A program made the translations under genes and the position numbers. Shown piece by piece: positions 1 to 14,596 of a stretch of DNA of 64,000 nt. How positions within the stretch are numbered: position 1 is the stretch's first letter; every line of letters begins with the position of its first letter. The DNA comes from Eledone cirrhosa (taxonomy: Eukaryota): contig OZ024746.1 of assembly GCA_964016885.1 (NCBI GenBank), forward strand, positions 55,180,001 through 55,244,000, read 5' to 3'. The notes under the pieces were generated by a model that worked only from the letters and a program-made list of their open reading frames with translations, did no database searches and was not told the DNA's origin.

Positions 1-562
1 TTTGCTATGTGATTCTTACACAAAAATATGTTGGCAGATTTTAATTTAAATTGGAACCCTTTTAACAGGGTGGTTTTGTATCAAAATATTTAAGTACTTC
101 TCAAAACGGCAACTTTCCGATATAAACTTACATCTTAATCTTATTCAAAATACACAGTAGACTTCACGCACGGTAATATAAACTTTGCTCAAAATTTAAT
201 CGACAGTATTTAACTATTTGTATTTGAATACTTTTTAATGTTTTGAAGATATTCAGTGTTAATGTACACACAATATAGCACGAATGTAAAAGATGCGATG
301 GTACACATATACTCCGCTCTACAACTACAAATTTTCATCGCCCACATCTTCCTGAGCGGGTTGGTGGGGGAATAATCCTCAAACACTCCCTCCAGCGGGT
401 CCTGTAAGAAGCAACCGTCGCCAACTGATCAGGCTTTATGCCCAATCGTGAGCAGCCAATTATCGGAGCTGTGATCTCTTATTCGGTAGCGGCTCTACTT
501 GGTGTGAGACTCTGATCTCCGAGCTATGCACTTTATCGAGTAACGTTACGCCAAAGACCCTT

Positions 563-760
563 GTGGGAGTCGTACTCCGCCAAAGGTGCATACTGTCACC
601 TCTCCTGTTCATTATTTATATGAACAGGATTGACATGCGCAGCCGGATCGGAAATGGTGTCTCGACCGGTAGGTGTCAAATCAGTCACCTGGAATTTGGA
701 GACGACATGGTGTTACTCAAGCTAACAGGAGTTGACCTTCGATTTACACCTCAAAGGTTT
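563..760 (+). pseudogene. Degenerate non-LTR retrotransposon RT fragment (RTE/CR1-like)
   Basis: Translation VVLRQRCILSPLLFIIYMN...ISHLEFGDDMVLL resembles RT motifs GxRQGCxLSPLLF and xFADD; short and isolated. Confidence 0.65.
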
Positions 761-1493
761 GATACCAACTTCGGCATTGCGTAATGAGAAGAAGGGAGGT
801 AGCCGTAAAAGCCTAACTAGCTGTTTTCAATTCGGTTTTCGTGCCAACTATAACTTACAAACAATATATATGTTTATGGATACGTATATAGCATACTACA
901 GCAAAATGTATTTCAATAAAAAGAAAAGAAAAAATGTATGATTGTGCAGAGGGATACACATGTAATATCATGCATTGACTCATGCTGCTGAGTTTTCGTG
1001 GGGGTTTAGGGCTGAGGGTGGTGGTTGTAGCGGCAATTGTGCCTTGTGTTTTGATGTGTTGTGACGGTGGTGGGTGGTTTTGTGACGACTGGATACTAGA
1101 GGTCGTATAGTGGTGTTGGTTGTATTCGATGCCTTATGTGTTGATGTGCGGCTGTTGTATCTGTGGGAATGTTATGGGATTTTTTTTTCATTTGCTGGGT
1201 GTGATGGCCGATGAAATTGAAACTGGAGAGGTTAACGCAGGGCGTGGAGAATTGGACACAATATTGATAATGGAAGGAAAGGAGACGAGTATAGATAAAT
1301 TATCTGAGTGGGTGTAACTAGTGGTCAGGAATGGTTGTCTTTGCAGTAGAGGTAGAAATGGGATACAGAAAGAGGAGCGTGAGTAGGAATGATTTCCTGG
1401 GTTCAATGTAAGACAAATTTATGTGGGAGCAGCATCGTCACACACATGGAAGCACTATTCCTTAGTGCATCTTACGTAATTATTGAAGAGGTT

Positions 1494-1596
<103 letters not shown>

Positions 1597-2152
1597 CTAA
1601 TTGAGTTCTTAACACGCAGGGTTAAAATTGTTGAAAAAATTAATTGACCCACGTGTAAATTATTTTACTTTCTTGTGTTTCGCGATTGCCTCCCTTTTCC
1701 GCTTCGTGACGCTGTGAAATTCCTCATTCTGAGACTGCTGGAATTTCAAATTTGGCGGTCATTATGATGCGTGGAAGGACAATTTGCTGACATGAAAACT
1801 GAGAGTGGTAAGAGATTTTTTCTTATATCAATGTTTGACGGGCATCCACTGATGATTTATAAGTGCCCACCTGCATATGTTCTTACAGAAAAATATGCAG
1901 GCTTCTACATAACCCGGAAACATTCTCCCAACTTGTAGTAAACTTATAATGAAACAATTGTTTGGAAAGAGAGATATATTTTAATTTTAATTATATCTCA
2001 TATAAAATAATACAACTGGCTTTCCACAAAATACATATAGTTAGCACCCCAAACATAAAATTGGGATTATACTAAGGTATAACCAAATGTTTGTTGAGTG
2101 AGATGGTAGCCAGTCAGAGTATAGCTTAAGGCTTTCTCTGTTAATGTATTGA

Positions 2153-2190
<38 letters not shown>

Positions 2191-2555
2191 GTGTGTGTGT
2201 ATATATATAATTTTCCAAGAGATGTCAACATGAAGGACCTGTTATTTTTATCTAAAGACATGTTTTCCAAATTGAACCCGCCCGTCGCCTCAATTTATCC
2301 TATTTCTCATTCTTACTTCCGATGAAGGTCTAGCGTCCGAAACGTCAAGATCATCTCCCTGCTCTTTCAAGCATTAACCTAATATAATTCTTCCATATAC
2401 TCCACCGAGTGCGTTGTTATTTCTGTTTACCTTTTACATACATATATATATATATATATAATATGTTGAGAAGGTAACACACCAGAGAGAGATATATAGT
2501 GCGTTATCAATAATACAGGGAATAACGACGGCCTATGCCTCCGTTAATTTATCGT

Positions 2556-2610
<55 letters not shown>

Positions 2611-2615
2611 GTGTA

Positions 2616-2704
<89 letters not shown>

Positions 2705-3399
2705 CTAACCCAGTTGACTGATGAATATCCTCATGGTTTCAGTGCTTTAATGTCCACACAATTAGCTCCACTGCACATCGGAAAATAACACATGAACACA
2801 AGATATGATGATTGACTTTTTCGATTATATGCAAATAATTCCCCTCCTGTGCATACATTTTCTTTTTCGCTTGTACGCTGGGCTTTATTTCTATCACTTT
2901 TTCCAGTTGTAGCAAATTTTTCACTTCCTTCACCCGATTTTTTAATTTCCTTTTGTATGTTCTTAGCCGTGTGAGACACTTTCTCAAATTGATATATATA
3001 TATATAATAATAATAAAACTATTTATAGTTATGTATATAGTATAAACAACTATAAACAGGAAGGTCAGTAATTTCTTAATTACCTTATTACAAGTAAGAG
3101 AAATAGCTCAATGTATGAACATCAGTTGTTTTACAGAGCAGGAAAATAAATACATTATACAATTATCAAAGTTGTGTTCAAATCATTTAATAGCTGACAA
3201 TCGTTTCTTCCAAACTCTCGTTTGGAATCATCGGAGCATTATCAATGTTTGCACATATAATCACCCTCCTATTCAACTAAACAATAATATAGATACATAT
3301 AAATTAATCTTGTGAGCAACGGTTTCGTATTTACAGGGTGGAATGGATGTGTCATATATTTTACGATAATTGTATAATTAGTGTACAAACATTCAAGTT

Positions 3400-4250
3400 C
3401 AAATTAAAATTAAAATTAAAATTAAATTAAAATCAAAAGCACGGAGTAGAAAACATGCCACAGTTAAAACAAGGGAATAGTCCAATCATTAAAGAGGCAT
3501 TGAGGAAGTAGTTTTGAGAAAGGAATAGTGCAATAACAATTCATATGCAGGCGTGTGGATAGTGTGACTGCGTAGGTCATATACATGAGAAGGAGACAAG
3601 CAAAGCTATTATGCATATATAGATGAATAAATACTGCAGTTAAAGCAAATATGTTAATGTATTAGAGTCTATGGTGGATGTTGAATGTTGATGGTGTTCG
3701 AATTAATGTGTGTTGGGAAACACAGCTTTTGCAGACTTTTCCATGACATATGTTGAATTAAACTTTTGTTAATGTTTATATTGAATGTTTTAAGTTAGTT
3801 AGAGCAATAGATTGTAAATTAGTCTTAATGAATTCATATTCATAGACTATATTTGATCAACCGTTAAATTTTCAATCGTTAATATCCGGAAATAAATAAG
3901 GGGAGCTAATGTGTAAGGGGAGGTAACTAGCTAATTAAGTTCAATTCAGTTATTAAAATTCTTTGTTCTAATACACAATCTTTTTAGTGGCGTAATTATG
4001 CGCGACACGCTAAGTTCGGGAACCATGTGTGTTGTATATATACACACATTTTCCAGTCTTCTAGTTGACTTAGAAGTGAGGAGGATACTAATTTCATCAC
4101 CCACTGATGAGCCTGGTATTTGGTATATCTCATCACAAATAATATTGCAAAACGGTTCTATCAAACCCGTCTGGGTGATGGTAGTTACCACAATACTGGT
4201 TTGTATTAATTTTTCTTAATTTATTCTTAAATGGAGTTTAGCAAACCCTA
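3400..4250 (-). mobile_element. Highly decayed Penelope-like element fragment
   Basis: Minus-strand remnants DEIYQIPGSSVG (cf. YxQxxGxAMG), SYLPLHISS (cf. SYLxxxSSHP) and CHGKVCKSC (Neptune-type Cys linker) in the expected order; many stops and frameshifts. Confidence 0.35.
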
Positions 4251-4339
4251 TTGTCTGTAGTTAGTATTTTTTTCACCTTAGCAATTTTGGTCCATTACGA
4301 TTTGAACACATACATATATATGTCTGTGTTCGTTTTTCC

Positions 4340-4522
4340 TTTTTCTTCAGTTGTATTTATATCTGTATTTTTGACCGTTGGTCAGTCAGTGATAAACATT
4401 GATGGCCAATGAATTAACTATGGAGATATATAAGTTAAAGAAGCGAAAACCAACCAAACAGTGAGTGTGTTCTATTATTATTTCTGGCAATATTATTACA
4501 AAAATATGATCCTCACCAAGTA

Positions 4523-4523
<1 letters not shown>
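4340..4523 (+). repeat. 3' fragment of the PLE-derived repeat at 6658-7290
   Basis: gaagcgaaaaccaaccaaacagtgagtgtgttct...ctggcaatatta...atatga.cctc.ccaagta shared with ~7050-7227; ends in (TA)n. Confidence 0.7.
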
Positions 4524-4606
<83 letters not shown>

Positions 4607-4655
4607 TTAACGTACATTCATTTATATATAAATATATAAATAAATAAATAAATAA

Positions 4656-4709
<54 letters not shown>

Positions 4710-4713
4710 GAAC

Positions 4714-4764
<51 letters not shown>

Positions 4765-5196
4765 TTCACGTACATTCATTTATATATAAACATATATGTA
4801 TAGCGTGTGATATGTATGTTCAAACTGAACATCAACCTCGTTAATCTTACTAAGCTGGAAGAAGTCGTAAATGTCACGGGTGGTGGACCATTTTGTAGAA
4901 AGAAATCAAATATATGTAAGAATATATATAGCTTAGGAGGACGTACGCGTGTGCAAGGGGTTTTATATATATTTCCAGATTAACTTGTGTCTATGTCCTT
5001 GTATTTGTATTAACAATAGATACACGCAAGCAAATATGGACTAACAAAAATACTTTTTCACACAGTGACAAGTACACACATATAATACCCGACACACACA
5101 TTTAGTAATATATATATATATATATGCGTGTGTTGGTACGTATATGCAGGTGAGTATACATAATTGTGCATATATATATATATACATATATATATA

Positions 5197-6358
5197 ACGA
5201 AGGAATTGTGGTAAGGAAACAGATGGACCATAACGCACCAGAGTACTCAATACTTAGGGTAGTAGAGTGGGAAATAGGAAAAGGTATGAACCAGACGGCA
5301 GAGTTCAAGCCGTTTCGACGGCTATTTCTGGACTAAATTAACATTTTTAGCCTGGTAAATAAATAGCCGAATTGTCAAGGAGTACTTCCTTATATGGGAA
5401 CATTGTAGTTGTCAAGAGGATTGGTCAAAATGTGTTGTAAACACAAATAAATCTATCATGGCATTTGGTGGGAGGTAGGGGTGGCTGAACTTGGCTGTAG
5501 AACAATGATTAGCCCATCGATCCTCTGTAGCCTCAGTACTCACACGCCCCTGTAATTTTAAGATAGAATTGGCCGATTACGCTTTACTAACAATTTATAG
5601 CAAATGTATTATTAATGTTGTATCTTTTTGTTACTACTCCAATTCTACAATTTCATAATTTCTTATTTAGTATTTTCTATTCACAACTTATTAACCTGTA
5701 ATTGTAAGATAGCATTGGCGGATTACGTTTTACTAACTATTTATAGCAGCCGTGTTAGACCCCCTTAAAAGTTTGCATTATTTGTTTCACTACCCATTTC
5801 TACAATTTCTTATTTAGTATTTTCCATTCTCAACTTATTAAACTCTTCTATAGCTTTGCCGTACAAGCAACACCTACTAATTATAGCAGCTGTTTCTAGA
5901 CTGTTTTTTTTTTTTTTAATTCTTTTCTCACTATCTAATTTTTTATATAATTTTTTTATTTTTTTATATTTTCATTATCTCCTACTCTCATTTGACTTAC
6001 CTATTTTTTAACCCCCCCCCCCTTTTTATCTCCGGAACAATTTTTCGACTTTTCATATACTATCCTTAGATTCTGCTGTATAGATTTCACTTTCAACGCC
6101 TGAATGGCTTTACTCACTCCCTCATTGTTCTACCGGCAAGTTCAGCCACCCCTACTTGCCACCAAATGCCATGATAGATTTATTTGTGTTTACAACACAT
6201 TTTGACATATCCTCTTGACAACTACAATCTTCACATATAATGATGTATCCCTTGACAAGTTCGGCTAATTATTTAGCAGGGTAAACATTTTAATTTAGTC
6301 CAGAAATAGCCGTCGAAACGGCTGGAGCTCTGCCGTCGGGGTCATACCTTTTTCCTAC
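5197..6358 (+). mobile_element. Non-coding Hydra-type PLE terminal repeat: inverted 3' piece (5197-~5508) joined to a direct copy (~5510-6358)
   Basis: Direct part matches 57720-58800 (tcctctgtagcctcagtac...gatagaattggccgatt...tagccgtcgaaacggc). The left part is the reverse complement of the same 3' end, including the tail seen at 58820-58875. Flanked by TA repeats. Confidence 0.8.
6246..6343 (+). ncRNA. Type I hammerhead ribozyme, U3-A8 core variant
   Basis: atccc-TTGACAA-g ttcggcta...tagccg tc-GAAA-cggc tggagctct gccg-T-C-ggggt; GUC cleavage triplet. A degenerate minus-strand copy lies at ~5290-5385. Confidence 0.65.
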
Positions 6359-6377
6359 ATATATACATATAATATTT

Positions 6378-6542
6378 AATAATTGTTTCTACAATTTGGA
6401 ACAAGGCCAGCAATTACCCAATGCATTACTGGTACTTTATTTTATCGACCACGTAAGGATGAAAGGCAAAGTTAACCTCGGCGGGATTTGAACTGAAAGC
6501 ATGGCGTCCGACCCTTTACCGATACTGCCAATACACCGCCCT
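6378..6542 (-). mobile_element. tRNA-derived SINE (octopus-type, CORE-like body)
   Basis: Minus strand ggcggtgtattggcagtatcggt...gttcaaatcccgccgaggttaactttgcctttcatcc...gtcgataaaataaagtaccag...gctggccttg; B-box GTTCAAATC; many copies in this window. Confidence 0.8.
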
Positions 6543-6578
6543 ATATATACATATAATAATAAATATATACATATAGTA

Positions 6579-6635
<57 letters not shown>

Positions 6636-6657
6636 TATGTATATATATATATATATG

Positions 6658-7289
6658 TTGTTATACTTGGGGAGGGTCATATTTGCGTAATATTGCCAGA
6701 ATTAATAACGGAACACACTCACTGTTTGGTTGGTTTTCGCTTCTCGCACAAGCACAATAACAACAAGCACATAAACACACACTAGTCACCCAGCAGACAC
6801 AACACTATACACACTAGTCACACAGCACACATAACACTATGCACACACGCAAACGCATGCGCAAAGAAGACAAAATAAAATAAGATAAACAAACAAGCAA
6901 ATAAATAAATAAATATATAGACAGACTGAATAAAAAAATGGCGTAGACATACAACACAACAGGAGGAACAAATAATATAACACCACTGACGATGTTGCAG
7001 ATGTGCAACGAAAGATTTATGTAAATTATGTAAACTATATATATGTGTTTGTGTCTATATTGTATCTGTATTATTTTTGACCGTCGGTCAGTCAATGGCA
7101 ACATTGAGGACCGAGTAAGTTAGATCGCAGATATAAAAGACAGCGAGAAGCGAAAACCAACCAAACAGTGAGTGTGTTCTGTTATTAATTCTGGCAATAT
7201 TACGCAAATATGACCCTCCCCAAGTATAACAATATCTGTTTCGACACACGATTTCATATAAAAAACCTCGCTAAACTAATTCATCGCCG

Positions 7290-7290
<1 letters not shown>
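6658..7290 (+). mobile_element. PLE terminal-repeat derivative with 90-bp 5' inversion
   Basis: 6658-6747 is the reverse complement of 7143-7232. The 3' end resembles that of the PLE at 8950-9038. Contains an HHR motif and is embedded in (TA)n. Confidence 0.75.
6984..7021 (+). ncRNA. Minimal type I hammerhead motif (weak stems I and III)
   Basis: ca-CTGACGA-t gttgca gatg tgcaac-GAAA-gatt-T-A-tg. Confidence 0.55.
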
Positions 7291-7329
<39 letters not shown>

Positions 7330-7335
7330 GAATAT

Positions 7336-7368
<33 letters not shown>

Positions 7369-7434
7369 AATATATATATATAAATATATATATATAGATA
7401 TGTGTTTGTTTGTATTTGTTTATTTATTTGTTTA

Positions 7435-9038
7435 TTTGCACATTACTGATTGGTTGATAATGTACTCCCGATACGTTGATGATATAAACATCGTAGTAAA
7501 AACACCCCCACTACAGAACAGACAGGAATGAGAGAAAAACACCATGGAAAGCATCCAGCAAATAGCTAACTCCATCAGAGTATTAGAGTTACTATAGACT
7601 ACCCAAGCAAACATCCTAACCATCGATTACCTGTACTAGACACAGAGCTCTGGTTAGAAACCATTAATAACAACAAACAAATCCTCCATTCCCATTATGC
7701 AAAAACCTGACTTCCAAATATCTGATCCACCGAAACTCAGCTGTTTCGGATCACACCAAAATCAATATACTGATTGCAGATATGGTACGGGTGATGAGAA
7801 ACGTGTCCCGCATGTGCAACCCCAAAGAACTAGAGAGACACATACAACACTTCATCCACTGTATGCAGTTCTCTGGTTACAATCAGAGAGATAAAATCAG
7901 AGTATATAGAGGAGCCAGAACCAAATGGGAAAAAATGGTAAATAATGATACAAATGGGACCTGCCCCTTGTATAGGATCACATTTTGGAATAGAATAGAA
8001 AGAACTAGGAATAAGGTTAATAGAATAAACGCATGGTATGATAGCAATAAATACCAGAGTGTAATGTTTATCAATACAACCCCTAGAGGTGAATTAGCTT
8101 ACAAATTTAGAAGGGCCCTAGATAAACTTAATATTAACATAGTAGAAAGACCAGGTACCTCCATAAAAACACTTATTAGCAATACATGCCCTTTTCAAAG
8201 ACCTCCCTGTATAGATAAGAAATGCATAATATGTAAACTAAGCCCCCATATTAACTGTAAAACAAGAAATGTAGTATATAGCATAAGATGTACTGAAGGA
8301 CAATGTAAAGATAAGAATATAGTGTATATAGGTGAGACAGCTCGTAGAATAGGAGAACGGTTAAATGAACACTAGCGAGAACTTCAAGATAAAAAAGAAT
8401 CATCAATGCTCCACCAACATGCTAAATTGCATAAGGGTAAATTAGAGAACATAGAAATAAAAATAGATTCTACACACAGAAAAGACGCAATGTTTAGACA
8501 AATCACAGAGGCAATAAACATAAATGAACTCCAACCAAATTAAATAGAAAACATGAATGGAATAGCAACATCACAACTTAAAATTAAGGACAAAACGAAA
8601 ACACACACACACACATAGAACAAACAACCAACCAGTAACATGTAAATAAACAAATAAATACATAAAAACACACATACTCACCCGGATGTAACACATGCGC
8701 AAACTAAGCACACAACACACACAACAAGAAGATGGCGTAGGATAGAACAAAGGAGAGGCATAAAACAAAGAAAAGAAACCCCAGTCACTTAAGAGGTCAC
8801 AGAATGTGTGACGAAAGAACTTTGACAATATATGTAGAACCGTCCGGTTATGGAACCAACCAACCAACCGGAATGTTGTAAATTCTTCAAATTTATAAAT
8901 TTAATTCATAATAAATTGGAGTGAAGCTACTGGTGCGTGTGTTTCTTATTGGCAACATGACCCTCCCAAAGCATAACTATATTAGTTTCAACACACGTTT
9001 TCAGATAAAGGATCTTGCTAAAGAAATTCAGAAACGAA
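7435..9038 (+). mobile_element. 5'-truncated Penelope-like element (Nematis-like, tentative): RT C-terminus + GIY-YIG endonuclease + 3' UTR
   Basis: RYVDD, RLPVLD, SGY, PLYR, CIDKKCIIC linker, VVYSIRC...YIGETARRIGERLNEH, RQITEA. Frameshifts and a stop at 8373. Decayed HHR at 8784-8826 (gtca-CTTAAGA-g gtcaca..tgtgac-GAAA-gaac-TT-tgac). Confidence 0.85.
7782..8560 (+). pseudogene. PLE RT-thumb/GIY-YIG coding remnant
   Basis: ORF 7782-8375; endonuclease-like sequence continues past the TAG (RELQDKKESSMLHQH...RQITEAINI). Confidence 0.8.
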
Positions 9039-9042
9039 ATAT

Positions 9043-9868
<826 letters not shown>

Positions 9869-9945
9869 GTATATATATATATGTATATATATATATATAA
9901 ATATGTACATATATATATATATACATATGTATATATATGTATATT

Positions 9946-9987
<42 letters not shown>

Positions 9988-9993
9988 ATATAC

Positions 9994-10050
<57 letters not shown>

Positions 10051-10051
10051 C

Positions 10052-10095
<44 letters not shown>

Positions 10096-10096
10096 G

Positions 10097-10204
<108 letters not shown>

Positions 10205-10212
10205 TAGAGAGA

Positions 10213-10465
10213 GAAAGATGAAATCGAAAAAGCAACAGGAGTCTTATTTAAAAAATATATATATATATATATATATTTGGTTACTTTACCGATTTCGCAA
10301 GTTTTTCTGCTTTTCAAAAGTAGATTTTAGATGGAGGGTCTGTGGTTTTTATCAACTCTACTTTTGAAAAGCAGAAGAACTTGCCAAACCGGTAAAGGAA
10401 CCAAATAATATATATATATTTTTTGTAAAATACGACGCCAGTTGCATTTTAGATTTCATCTTTTT
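10213..10465. repeat. Imperfect fold-back (~110-bp arms) carrying an HHR variant in each arm
   Basis: aaagatgaaatc...ttttcaaaagtaga / tctacttttgaaaagc...gatttcatcttt. Confidence 0.8.
10282..10322 (-). ncRNA. Minimal type I hammerhead, U3-A8 variant
   Basis: Minus: tactt-TTGAAAA-gcag aaaaac ttgc-GAAA-tcgg-T-A-aagta. The plus-strand mirror at 10359-10399 has palindromic ccgg but GAAA>CAAA. Confidence 0.55.
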
Positions 10466-10526
10466 TTCTTTATACTTTCACTCGTGTAGGACACCTCGGT
10501 TATTTTTCATTTTTGTAAAAAAGCCT

Positions 10527-11229
10527 GTGTATTTTGCAATACATGGTATGCTTAATTAAAAGCATTTCGAAGACCTTATGCTATTGTTTTAGAGTAGTGA
10601 CGGACTCACTTACTTTAATTTTCAGCAAACAGGGGAGATAAAGCTGACAATGCCTTGTTTCGCATTTATTGATGCTTATCGAAGCCAACTATTCCTCCTG
10701 TTAGCTGAAATCATGGATGAATTGATTCTTATAGAATTCTAGTAAATAATCAGGAACTGATTATAGAGAGTGGTTGTCGGTCAAGCAGAAATTGAAAATT
10801 AGAATTGGTGCTCTGAAATAGCTATATATGTATGAATGTATATATAGTGTATTTTGCAATACACTGTATGCTTAATTAAAAGCATTTCGAAGACCTTATG
10901 CTATTGTTTTAGAGTAGTGACAGACTCACTTACTTTAATTCTCAGCAAACAGGGGGAGATAAAGCTGACATGGCCTTGTTCCGCATTTATTGATTTTTAT
11001 CAAAGCCAACTACTCCTCCTGTATTATAGAATTCTAGTAAATAATCAGGAACTGATTATACAGAGCGGTTGCCGGTCAAGCAGAAATTGGAAATTAGAAT
11101 TGGTGCTCTGAAATAGCAATATAAATATGAATGTAAATATAGGATATTTTGCAATACACTGTATTGCAAAATACACTATATATACATTCATATATATATA
11201 GCTATTTCAGTGCACACATTCTAATTTCC
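10527..11229. repeat. ~320-bp tandem duplication ending in a fold-back (axis 11159)
   Basis: gtgtattttgcaataca... recurs at 10528, 10848 and ~11144. 11160-11229 is the reverse complement of the preceding unit end. Confidence 0.85.
10642..10686 (-). ncRNA. Type I hammerhead, U3-A8 variant (decaying)
   Basis: Minus: ggct-TCGATAA-gcat caataa atgc-GAAA-caa ggca ttg-T-C-agct. The sister copy at 10963-11007 has TTGATAA but GGAA and a broken stem II. Confidence 0.55.
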
Positions 11230-11246
11230 ATATATATATATGTATA

Positions 11247-11280
<34 letters not shown>

Positions 11281-11626
11281 GAAACACACAGATACAGTTG
11301 GGTGCGGATGCATTCATGTATATATGTGTGTGTCCGCATGTATCTGTGTGTTTCTAAATATATTAATAACTCCCTCTGGTCGAGCAATCTTTGAAGTGTG
11401 GGGACAACTGGAAAGCTTCCATTACTCATACTTCTCGCCTTCTTCACTACCTCTTCTACGGCCTCGATATGAATACCCCCTCCGCCTCCGTGGTATTTTC
11501 TTCGTGGTTATAAGAGGCTTAGCTCTGTTTCTCGACCGTTATATCGCGTGACTATCTCCCCCTCCGCCTTTTGGGATTCTTTCTCACGTCGTGTAGACGC
11601 GTTCTTGAGACTAGTAAAATGAGGTA

Positions 11627-11714
11627 TCCTCTTGATAAGTCGGCAGACCTCGCAAGGACTCTATATCTTTGATATATTGTTTTTGTTTATGCCACGAAAC
11701 TACGTAGTCGAGGA
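11627..11714 (+). ncRNA. Type I hammerhead, U3-A8 variant, unit 1
   Basis: tcctc-TTGATAA-gt(c)ggca[long loop 2]tgccac-GAAA-ctacgtag-T-C-gagga; palindromic stem III ACTACGTAGT; predicted cleavage after C11709. Confidence 0.75.
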
Positions 11715-12217
11715 ATTTAGGAACAGTTTAGGTATGATACATTTTATTACTAATTACATCTAAATGTTTCTTCTCTCTTCATAATGTATTTTTAACTCTG
11801 ATACTGGTTCAGTCTGGTTCAAACTGAATTGGTCTGTCCCAGTCATTCATTGAGCAACATCGGTGAAGTTGGCACCCTTAACTCACAGTTGGGTGCGGAT
11901 GCATTCATGTATATATGTGTGTGTCAGCATGTATCTGTGTGTTTCTAAATATATTAATAACTCCCTCTGGTCGAGCAATCTTTGAAGTGTGGGGACAACT
12001 GGAAAGCTTCCATTACTCATACTTCTCGCCTTCTTCACTACCTCTTCTACGGCCTCGATATGAATACCCCCTCCGCCTCCGTGGTATTTTCTTCGTGGTT
12101 ATAAGAGGCTTAGCTCTGTTTCTCGACCGTTATATCGCGTGACTATCTCCCCCTCCGCCTTTTGGGATTCTTTCTCACGTCGGGTAGACGTGTTCTTGAG
12201 ACTAGTAAAATGAGGTA

Positions 12218-12305
12218 TCATCTTGATAAGTCGGCAGACCTCGCAAGGACTCTATATCTTTGATATATTGTTTTTGTTTATGCCACGAAACTACGTAGTC
12301 GAGGA
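12218..12305 (+). ncRNA. Type I hammerhead, U3-A8 variant, unit 2
   Basis: Same as unit 1 but the stem I 5' strand reads tcatc (one mismatch). Confidence 0.65.
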
Positions 12306-12808
12306 ATTTAGGAACAGTTTAGGTATGATACATTTTATTACTAATTATATCTAAATGTTTCTTCTCTCTTCATAATGTATTTTTAACTCTGATACTGGTT
12401 CAGTCTGGTTCAAACTGAATTGGTCTGTCCCAGTCATTCATTGAGCAACATCGGTGAAGTTGGCACCCTTAACTCACAGTTGGGTGCGGATGCATTCATG
12501 TATATATGTGTGTGTCCGCATGTATCTGTGTGTTTCTAAATATATTAATAACTCCCTCTGGTCGAGCAATCTTTGAAGTGTGGGGACAACTGGAAAGCTT
12601 CCATTACTCATACTTCTCGCCTTCTTCACTACCTCTTCTACGGCCTCGAAATGAATACCCCCTCCGCCTCCGTGGTATTTTCTTCGTGGTTATAAGAGGC
12701 TTAGCTCTGTTTCTCGACCGTTATATCGCGTGACTATCTCCCCCTCCGCCTTTTGGGATTCTTTCTCACGTCGTGTAGACGCGTTCTTGAGACTAGTAAA
12801 ATGAGGTA

Positions 12809-12896
12809 TCCTCTTGATAAGTCGGCAGACCTCGCAAGGACTCTATATCTTTGATATATTGTTTTTGTTTATGCCACGAAACTACGTAGTCGAGGA
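12809..12896 (+). ncRNA. Type I hammerhead, U3-A8 variant, unit 3
   Basis: Same motif as unit 1. Confidence 0.75.
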
Positions 12897-12965
12897 ATTT
12901 AGGAACAGTTTAGGTATGATACATTTTATTACTAATTATATCTAAATGTTTCTTCTCTCTTCATA

Positions 12966-14596
<1,631 letters not shown>

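Larger units (their letters stand above)
11294..12969 (+). repeat. 591-bp tandem array (~2.8 near-identical units), one HHR per unit; retrozyme-like
   Basis: Units start at 11294, 11885 and 12476; only a few substitutions between copies; flanked by TA-rich repeats; no credible ORF. Confidence 0.95.

Noticed and set aside
960-1490. Possible PLE N-terminal remnant on the minus strand
   Set aside because: Too decayed; only a vague RCxSH-like motif.
2315-2350. ctt-CCGATGA-agg...cc-GAAA-cg-TC-aag hammerhead-like relic
   Set aside because: U4 is mutated and stem II is only 2 bp; probably a dead PLE HHR, so not called as a feature.
11324-12733. Repeated 75-aa ORF in the 591-bp unit
   Set aside because: No recognisable motif; identity only reflects recent duplication.
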